Origin: the human T2T-CHM13v2.0 reference genome, Homo sapiens
Reading direction: 5' to 3' (one strand)
Assembly: GCF_009914755.1 (NCBI RefSeq)
Contig: NC_060931.1
Length of the DNA: 64,000 nt
Within the stretch, counting starts at the first letter, position 1. The number at the start of each line of letters is the position of its first letter. A program made the position numbers and the translations under genes. The notes beneath the pieces are model-generated. The model saw nothing but the letters and a program-made list of their open reading frames with translations. It searched no databases and had not been told where the DNA came from. This document shows, piece by piece, positions 26,449 through 64,000 of the stretch.

Positions 26449-27199
26449 TGATCTCGAACTCCTGACCTCAGGTAATCCACCCGCCTTGGCCTCCCAAAGT
26501 GCTGGGATTAACAGGCGTGAGCCACTGTGCCCGGCCCAATTTATTTAGTTTTTATTTATTTATTTTTTCTTGAGACAGGGTCTCGTTGTGTCACCAAGGC
26601 TGGAGTACAGTGGCACTATCATAGCCCACTATCACTACAGCCTTGACCTCCCAGGTTCAAGCAATCCTCCCACCTCAGCCTCCTGAATAGCTGGGACCAC
26701 ACCACAGGTGCATGCTACCACACCTAGGTAACTGTTTTTTTTTTATTATTTTAATTTTTATTTATTTATTTTTGAGAAAGGGTCTTGTTCTGTTGTCCAG
26801 GCTGGAGTGCAGTAGCATCATCTCGGCTCACTACAACCTCTGCAAGCAATTCTCCTGCCTCAGCCTTCAGAGTAGCTGGGATTACAGGCGCATGTCACGC
26901 CACCTGGCTAATTTTTGTATTTTTAGTACAGACAGGGTTTCACCATGTTGGCCAGGCTGCTGTTGAACTCCTGATCTCAGGTGATCCACCCGCCTTGACC
27001 TCCCAAAGTGCTGGGATTACAGACATGAGCCATTGTGCCTGGCCTCAGGTAATTTTTTATTTTATTTTTTGTAGAGGGGGGGGGTCTCACCATGTTGCCC
27101 AGGCTGGTCTCAATCTCCTGGCCTCAAGCAATTCTCCTGCCTTGATGTTAGGATTACAGGCGTTAGCTGCCGTACCCCAACTCTCCTCTTGTGAAAATC

Positions 27200-27345
27200 A
27201 GCCTTGGATTTAGGGCTCTCCCTACTCCAGAGTGACCTCATCGTAGCCAGTTACCTCAGCAAAGACTCTCATTTCCAAATAAGGCCACATTCTTAGGTTC
27301 TGGGTGGATATGAATTTTTCGAGGACCCTATTCAACCCAATGCAG
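27200..27345 (-). mobile_element. MLT1 (ERVL-MaLR) LTR fragment
   Basis: tgacctcatc...gttacctcagcaaagactctcatttccaaataaggccacattc...attcaacccaatgca is the reverse complement of an MLT1 5' end. Confidence 0.7.
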
Positions 27346-27505
27346 TACTCAATTACACAAAGCAAAAACAATCTCGTGGGAAACCTTTGGAAAATGCTTG
27401 GAGAGACACCCATTTTTGTAAACTAGTAAATGAAAGGATGAAGCAATTATATCCTGCTTTACCTGTATGAACTGTGGGCTGTACTTCAAGGTAAGCGGGT
27501 AGTTA

Positions 27506-27974
<469 letters not shown>

Positions 27975-28295
27975 TTAACTGTAGGCTGGGTGTGGTGGCT
28001 CACACCTATAATCCCAGCACTTTGGGAGGCTGAAGTGAGAGGATCAACTGAGCCCAGGAGTTTGAGATCAGCCTAGACTACGTGGCAAAACCCCGTCTCT
28101 ACCAAAAAGAAAAAAAACAATTAGGCTGGCCGCGATGGCTCATGCCTGTAATCCCAGCAGTTTGGGAGGCCGAGGTGGGGAGATCACCTGAGGTCAGGAG
28201 TTTGAGATGAGCCTGACCAACATGGTGAAACCCCATCTCTACTAAAAATACAAAAGTTAGCTGGGCGTGGTGGCGAGCGCCTGTAATCCCAGCTA

Positions 28296-28746
<451 letters not shown>

Positions 28747-28857
28747 TGATCTGCCCACCTTGGCCTCCCAGAATGCTGGGATTACAGGCGTGAGCCACCG
28801 CCCCTGGCCTGGAATAATTTTTTTTTTTTTTTTGGTGCAATAATGGAATTACAGTTA

Positions 28858-29222
<365 letters not shown>

Positions 29223-29265
29223 TTACTTCCAAGTAATGACAATGTAGGAGAGTGGGTACAGATGA

Positions 29266-29568
<303 letters not shown>

Positions 29569-30057
29569 TAGTAGAGACGGGGTTTCGCCGTGTTAGCCAG
29601 GATGGTGTCAATCTCCTGACCTCGTGATCTGCCTGCCTCGGCCTCCCAAAGTGCTGGGATTACAAGCGTGAGCCACCATGCCTGGCCTGGGTCATACTAT
29701 TATTTAAAAATGTTTCTAAACTGGGTGCAGTCACTTACACCTGTAGTCCCAGTACTTTGGGAGGCTGAGGCGGGAGGGGCGCTTGAGACCAGGAGTTTGA
29801 GACCAGCCTGGGCAACATGACAAGACCCCATCTGTAATAAAGATTATGAAAATTAAAAATAAATGTAAGAAGATTTTCTGTCCGTTTTCTCATTATCATA
29901 TACAGGGTGAGCAGGTGCTGATTAAACTTCTATTGGAGCCGGGAGCAATGGCTCAAGACTATAATCCCAGCACTTTGGGAGGCCGAGGTGGGTGGATTAC
30001 CCGCAGTCAGGAGCTCAAGACAAGCCTAGCCAACATGGTAAAACCCTGTCTCTACTA

Positions 30058-30438
<381 letters not shown>

Positions 30439-30559
30439 TTAAAAATATTAAATGTATGGGAAGATATATGCGTGTGAGTCGTGAGATCCACCAGATGTAC
30501 ATGGTAGATACGGCAGGACCTGACCATTGTCCTCTAAGACCCACTCTTCTCTTCTTTAG

Positions 30560-31260
<701 letters not shown>

Positions 31261-31486
31261 ATAAATACAGTGGATATCTCTTGTTTCTGTCTGTCCAGCC
31301 ACAGCTTCCCATTCTCTTTGGGGGACTTCCTCTACCCTATTCCATATGGTTTGGGTGGGGTGGACTGTGAGTCACTAGGTCCTTCTCTTTTCCGCAACAG
31401 GTGGGCAGGTGAACAAATCCAACCAACCAAGACTCCTCGAGTCATCAGGAATGAAAACCTGGGTGGACTGGCACAGGGACCCCTAG

Positions 31487-31780
<294 letters not shown>

Positions 31781-32747
31781 TAAAGTGCTGGGATTACAGG
31801 CGTGAGCCACTGTGCCTGGCCAGATTATAAACAGATTCTTATTAATCAAAGCTGTATTTATCCTGAAATATTCATTATGTATTATATTAACAAGTGCAGG
31901 AATGCAGAAGAAATACAGCTTTCAGTTTTGCCTAGACCTAAAGGTGTTCCTGACGAAGGTGATGTCAGTGCCCCCAAAATAAGATTCTTGAGGGTCTCTG
32001 AGTGGCCCTGAATTCTATCTTTTCTGAGTTCTGGTTACTCAACTTTTCCTTTGTTTTTTATTCTGTGAGCTACCTAGTATTCTTGGCTTTTGTTTTTTTT
32101 TTTTTTTTTTGAGATGGAGTTTTGCTCCGTTGCCCAGGCTGAGGTGCAGTGGCGTGATCTTGGCTTATTGCAACTTCGGCCTCCTGAGTTCAAGCAATTC
32201 TCCTGCTCAGCCTCCTGAGTAGCTAGGATTATAGGCATGCACCACCACGCACAGCTAATTTTTTATTTTTAGTAGAGATGTGTTTTCACCATGTTGGCCA
32301 GGCTGGCCTTGAACTCCTGACCTCAAGTGATCCGCCCACCTAGGCCTCCAAAAGTGCTGGGATTACAGGTGTGAGCCACCGTGCCCGGCCTAAGAGCACA
32401 AACTTGATGAACTCTGCATTGCTTGCTCTGTGATGGGCCAGGCCCAGGCCCTGCTGGCCCAGCTGGACCTATGGAGTTATCATCATCTTACATAAGAGGA
32501 TCCAGGAAATAGTGGGAGGAGCTAAGAAGACAGGAATCGCATGTTATTTAAAGTTTCATTGGTAACCAAGAGGAGAACTAAAATAGAGAGATATACCACA
32601 ATGAGGGGAATGCTGGTATCAGTGAGCTAAATTCTGATGTATCACAGCCAAAAGACAAGAGATAATGTGTACAATTGATCAAACAATCAGCCTATAAGAC
32701 AGGGTGAGGAAAAAGAAGAACAAAAGAAACAATTGATCAAGCAATAA

Positions 32748-32948
<201 letters not shown>

Positions 32949-32951
32949 TAA

Positions 32952-33607
<656 letters not shown>

Positions 33608-34371
33608 TCAGGAGATCGAGGCCATCCTGGCTAACACGGTGAAACCTCATCTCTACTAAAAATGCAAAAAATTAGCTGGGCGTGGTGACAGGCGCCTGTA
33701 GTCCTAGCTACTCCGGAGGCCAAGGCAGGAGAGTGGCGTGAACCCAGGAGGCAGAGCTTGCATGAGCTGAGATCGTGCCACTGCACTCCAGCCTGTGTGA
33801 CAGAGAGAGACTCCATCTCAAAAAAATGAATGAATTAATTAAAATAAATAAATAAAATAAAAATAAAAATATTAGCCAGATGTAGTGGTGCATGCCTGTC
33901 GTTCTAGCTACTCAGGAGGCTGAGGCGGGAGAATCGGCTGAGCCCAGGAATTCAAGGCTGCAGTGAGCTATGATTGCACCACTGCATGCCAGCGTGGGTT
34001 ACGGAGGAAGACCCTGTCTCAAAAAAAAAACAAAAAACAAAAAACAAAAAACCCGAAGTTTTTTTTAAGGTCTTTAGTATGAGTTCTTCTGTGCTAGCTG
34101 AGGTTTTAAAAATGTACACTACGTTAAACAAGTATTTAAAGTAAATAAAGTCATTTAAACTAAATGACTTTAATTAAAAAAAAAAAACAAATAACTCGCT
34201 GGGTGACGGGCTCACGCCTGTAATCCCAGCACTTTGGGAGGCAGAGACTGGCAGATCAGTTGAGGTCAGGAGTTTAAGACCAGCCTGGGCAACATGGTGA
34301 AACCCTGTCTCTACTAAAAATACAAAAATTAGCCAGACATGGTGATGGGTGCCTGTAACCCCAGCTACTCA

Positions 34372-34697
<326 letters not shown>

Positions 34698-34935
34698 TCA
34701 AAAACAAAACAAAACAAAAAATAAAGTTGTTTTTTTTTTTTGAGGTCTAAAGTATGAGCTCTTCTGTACTAGCTGATGTTTTAACAATGTGCACATTGTT
34801 AAACAATCATTTAAAGTAAATTATTTATTTAAAGTCATTTAAATTAAATGACTTTAATTTTTAAAAAAATCAGGCCGGGCACAGTGGCTCACACCTGTAA
34901 TCCCAGCACTTTGGGAGGCCAAGGCAGGCAGATCA

Positions 34936-35234
<299 letters not shown>

Positions 35235-35648
35235 TCATTCTCCTCATTGTACAGATGAGCAATGAGGAAAAAAGGCTTAATGACTTAACGATGTCACAGA
35301 GCCCATTGGTGATTAACCTGGGGCCAGGTTGGCAGCAGTAGTCGGCAGTTCCTGGGCTTCTATCCCAGTGTGCCTTCCACTATACCATGCTTCCAGTGCA
35401 AAATGTCAGCAAGGTTTACATAATTAAGAGAAAACAGTCATTTTCTTTGGGCCATCAGACACTTGTATTTGAAGGGATCCAGAACCTTCCTTGGAGTTTT
35501 TATTCTTTTCATTAAGATGGCAAATTAGGGTGGGCACAGTGGCTCACACCTGTAATCCCAGTACTTTTTGGAAGGCTAAGGCCGGAGGATCGCTTGAGTC
35601 CAGGAGTTCAAGACCAGCCCTGGGCAACATAGCAAGATCCTGTCTCTA

Positions 35649-35798
<150 letters not shown>

Positions 35799-36245
35799 CT
35801 AAAAACAAAAAAAAGAAGGTAAAAAGAAGGATGATAAATTATATTAACACACTATGAGAATTAGCCAGGGGTGGTGGTGTGCACTTGTAGTCCCAGCTAT
35901 TAGGGACTCCATCGCTTGAGCCCAGGAGGTTGACTGCAGTGATCCAAGATCTTGCCACTGCATTCCAGCCTGAGTGATAGAGACCTTGTCTCTAAATAAA
36001 TAAATAAAAGAAGAGAAGGAACTATCAACAAATATTGAATGTTAATTGGCCGGGCATGGTGGCTCACACCTGTAATCCCAGCACTTTATTTAGAGACAAG
36101 GTCTCACTCTATCACCCAGGCTGGAATGCAGTGGCAAGATCTTGGATCACTGCAGTCAAACTCCCGGGCTCAAGCGATGGAGTCCCAAATAGCTGGGACT
36201 ACAAGTGCACACCACCACCCCTGGCTAATTCTCATAGTGTGTTAA

Positions 36246-36488
<243 letters not shown>

Positions 36489-36626
36489 TGACCTCGTGAC
36501 CCAACCGCCTCGGCCTCCTGAAGTGCTGGGATTACAGGAGTGAGCCACCCTGCCCGGCCCTCTCAGCACTTTTGGAGGCGCAGGTGGGTGGATCACAAGG
36601 TCAGGAGTTCGAGACCAGCCTGGCTA

Positions 36627-37177
<551 letters not shown>

Positions 37178-37179
37178 GT

Positions 37180-37380
37180 GCATTCTGAAGTGTTGAAGGG
37201 TAACATGCACTGATTTCTGTAACTTCTTTTGAATTGAATTTAAAAACAATGTGAATTGTTGAATGGATAAACAGATACATGGTAAACCAAGTGTAATAAA
37301 ATGTTTATTGCAGAATTTGGGTTGACATACGGCTGTTCGCTGTATATTTCTTTCAACTTTTCGGTGCATTTGAAAATTTG
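37180..37380 (+). mobile_element. L1ME-like 3'-end fragment
   Basis: ctgaagtgttgaaggg...ctgtatatttctttcaacttttc...tttgaaaattt. Similar L1M remnants lie at ~29180-29370, ~39330-39720, ~52060-52200 and ~61620-62260. Confidence 0.55.
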
Positions 37381-37382
37381 TA

Positions 37383-44490
<7,108 letters not shown>

Positions 44491-44573
44491 AACACATTTT
44501 TTTTGGCTGAATGGACATGGTTATTGCTGAGTAAACGTATGGTGTATGATTTTATTCTTCCTTATAGTTTTAG

Positions 44574-45667
<1,094 letters not shown>

Positions 45668-45731
45668 TAAAGCCCTGAGTCCCAGGGAAGGGACCTGCAG
45701 GCCCGGCCACGCCCAGGCCGCTTTAGCGCGC

Positions 45732-45743
45732 CAAGATGGCGGC
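45732..45743 (+). promoter_or_regulatory. YY1 consensus site CAAGATGGCGGC
   Basis: Exact match to the YY1 motif; a second YY1-like gcggccattt lies at ~45915-45924. Confidence 0.65.
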
Positions 45744-45813
45744 TGCCACGCCCCGCGGCCGGAGCCGAGTGGGCCCGAGCGCTTCCGAGCATTCCCGAAG
45801 TCCAGAGAAACTC

Positions 45814-45853
45814 CGGGAGCGGCGCGGGCGGGAGCGGCGCGGGCGGGAGCGGC
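45814..45853 (+). repeat. 15-bp tandem repeat (CGGGAGCGGCGCGGG) x2.7 in the RAC1 core promoter
   Basis: Perfect copies at 45814-45828 and 45829-45843, plus a partial copy at 45844-45853. Confidence 0.9.
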
Positions 45854-46135
45854 CCCGCCCGGAACCTGGGAGCGGCGGCGCCGGCGCGGGGGAGGGGAGG
45901 CCGGATGTGAGTGGAGCGGCCATTTCCTGTTTCTCTGCAGTTTTCCTCAGCTTTGGGTGGTGGCCGCTGCCGGGCATCGGCTTCCAGTCCGCGGAGGGCG
46001 AGGCGGCGTGGACAGCGGCCCCGGCACCCAGCGCCCCGCCGCCCGCAAGCCGCGCGCCCGTCCGCCGCGCCCCGAGCCCGCCGCTTCCTATCTCAGCGCC
46101 CTGCCGCCGCCGCCGCGGCCCAGCGAGCGGCCCTG

Positions 46136-46170
46136 ATGCAGGCCATCAAGTGTGTGGTGGTGGGAGACGG
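46136..46170 (+). CDS. RAC1: RAC1 coding exon 1 (MQAIKCVVVGDG)
   Basis: Canonical Rac N-terminus with the start of the P-loop; donor GG|gtgagt (phase 2). Confidence 0.97.
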
Positions 46171-46664
46171 GTGAGTGCGCGGCCGGGGCCGGGCTGGAGG
46201 CCGCGGGATCGGGCGCGGAGGGGGGTTGGGCCCGGACTGGGGCCCAGGCAGGCCGGCGTCCGCCGCGGTCTCGCGTAGGCGGTGGGCCTGGGCCTGTGTC
46301 GCGGGGCGGGGGCCGCGGGCGGGCGCCCCCACCGGACCCTGACGGCCCGGGCGGCGCGTGCCTGGTTCCGGCTCTCGATGGAGGAGGGCCTCGCCGCTCG
46401 CCGGCTAGAGGGAAAAGTGAACTCCACCCTCCGGCTTTCTTCCCGGACGCCGCCCGCCGCCCTCCTCGGGAGCGCTCGTAGAGCAAGCGCTCTTGGAGAT
46501 TTTGACCATTTTTCCAAAAAGGGACCCTTTATTTTTTTTGCATGAACCTCTCGATCCCCTTTTGAGAATTGGGTTGGGAACGCGGCGGTCAAGTCGATCA
46601 TATTTGATGCATGCTTGATTGTACGGGCCGCTTTGGTGCCCCCAAACTTTTCTTTAAAAAAATT

Positions 46665-58275
<11,611 letters not shown>

Positions 58276-58585
58276 TCACAGAAGAGACGTGAAGTTTTAA
58301 AATCTTGTTTCTCTTGAGTCTTGTAGCTAGGTGACAACTGTTTCTTGACTATTAATGCTAACACCGGGTACCTAAACAGAATGTGATGGCTCCTGACTCT
58401 ATCTTTCTGAGAAATTCTAGTTTGTTTACTTTAAATTTCAGGGTACCAATGTGTATGTGGTGATAAAGGGTTATAGAAAACATTTTCTTTAATGCTAAGT
58501 ATGTGATGTATATGCCTTGATTTTTTTTCTCTAGAAATTATTTTAACTTAATAGTGAAAGCTAAGATTACATTCATGTTGACTAA

Positions 58586-58684
<99 letters not shown>

Positions 58685-58852
58685 TAAGTATCTTAAATTG
58701 GGAATTAACCTGTTTGTGTTACGGGTTTCACATTTCTTTGACCATTTGTTTTGCTGTAAAGCCATCTTTAATCCTCATATGAACAGATACTAATTTTTTC
58801 TTAAACATTCACTGAAACCTAATTATAAGGTATATTAGGCTTTTAAAAAATA

Positions 58853-62673
<3,821 letters not shown>

Positions 62674-63297
62674 TAAAGCTTGGTTTCTGCTGACCAGTAG
62701 CAATTTTTAACATCAGTCTGATTTCCCTCTGTCAGCCTATAGGCTTTGCTGGGTTATCTCTCCTGACTAATTTGTGTAGCAACTTCACATGAATTTAAAC
62801 ATTTGTATCATCAGTTAACACTCACTTTGAAAATGTTATTGGGAGGCTTGTTAAGTCAGGTGTATTTTGTGTGACTGCTCTACACTCAGGCCTTCTGGAA
62901 ACCCTGCAGAGGGTAGCTCTAGTGGCCAGCTAGCTCTCTTGCTGAAAATGAGCAACATAAGTACATGAAAAACCCAACAAGTAGGATTTGAAAGCGGGGC
63001 TAATTGTACCCTTATTTCTTCTGGGGATAAAAGTCTTAAACTTTGTTTAAAGTAAAATGTTTTTATTTCTGACGGTGATTTGTTTCACTTAAATAGCTTG
63101 TTGTTTGTTTCTTTCATTTCTCTTAAGTTTTGGGTTGGGTTTGGTTTGTTTCCCGCAAGTTTTGCCCGTGCCGCCTTCCTCCTTGTGCCTGCAGGGACAT
63201 TTGCTGGTGTGGCAGCCTCCAGGCCCGTCCCCAGCCTTTTTCTTGGCACACCTTCTCTAGGATGGCTGGGACAGTGACTTAGCTTCTACACCTGTGA

Positions 63298-63462
<165 letters not shown>

Positions 63463-64000
63463 TAATGTGTCTTTTAGAGTATATAATTCTCGAGCGCTTA
63501 ATTAGTGCATGTTACCTATGGACTTGCTTATATTGCCATCATTTGGGTATTGAGTAAATAGCAAACAGGGTGGGATTGGTTCCATGTAAACATCCCCCTA
63601 GATGCAAGCCCAGGGGTTTTGTGTTTTGAGCGTTACCAGCTGTTCCATTGTTGGGCATTTTACAGTCTTCCATTTAGCTTTAGAATAACCGTATGAAAGA
63701 GCTACTTTTTGTTTTTGCAAACCAGTTTTTAACACCAATTAGTTTGAAGGCAGGTTTGCTGTGTGACATTTTTGTACCACAGAATCAAATTAGGCAGTTA
63801 AGATTCAGGTTTCTTTAAACCAAGTTAGTAACTAATCTCACAGGTTTAATACATTTTTTCCCACAAAATACATAATTTGTATGGATTTTGTGAACCATAC
63901 AATAGAACCTAAATTTATTCAATGTAGATTGAAGTTTTGGTTTTGTAAAATGTATCCACTGTGTCTAATCAGAAAAAAAAGTTTACTTTTGCTTCTGTAT

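Larger units (their letters stand above)
45690..46620 (+). promoter_or_regulatory. RAC1: RAC1 CpG island, promoter, 5'UTR and start of intron 1
   Basis: Dense CpG and GC boxes; ETS-like ccggaa/ccggatgt; TATA-less; lies directly around the RAC1 ATG. Confidence 0.88.

Noticed and set aside
45736-46278. 180-aa ATG ORF in strong Kozak-like context upstream of RAC1
   Set aside because: The ATG is the core of a YY1 motif upstream of the probable start site. The ORF is out of frame with RAC1, crosses the exon 1 donor and is low complexity.

Overview
Human (primate) genomic DNA, recognisable as the 7p22.1 FAM220A-RAC1 interval, and extremely Alu-dense (by eye more than half of the window, on the order of 100 Alu copies). 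Minus strand: a two-exon transcript from a CpG-island promoter at ~20.2-20.5 kb. It encodes a spliced 68-aa SMIM10-family microprotein (SMIM10L3/SAGSIN1; 20150-19965 joined to 2629-2609). Sixty nt later, in the same frame with no intervening stop, comes the intronless 259-aa FAM220A CDS (2548-1769). Plus strand: the RAC1 CpG-island promoter and coding exons 1-3 (46136-46170, 58612-58683, 63324-63441); the gene continues beyond the window. Intron 1 holds a 58-nt stop-carrying cassette exon, and there are stop-carrying alternative acceptors before exon 3. Between the genes is a 5'-truncated RPSA processed pseudogene. The repeats record several local copying events: a 46-60 bp inverted templated insertion inside an Alu, an AluY co-inserted with a 175-bp inverted copy of neighbouring DNA, serial Alu insertions at single target sites, Alu-mediated tandem duplications, fold-back Alu palindromes and perfect AT-rich palindromes. 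Nearly all other ORFs in the track are Alu or low-complexity translations. Coordinates of old repeats are approximate, and gene names rest on recognising the protein sequences, not on a database search.
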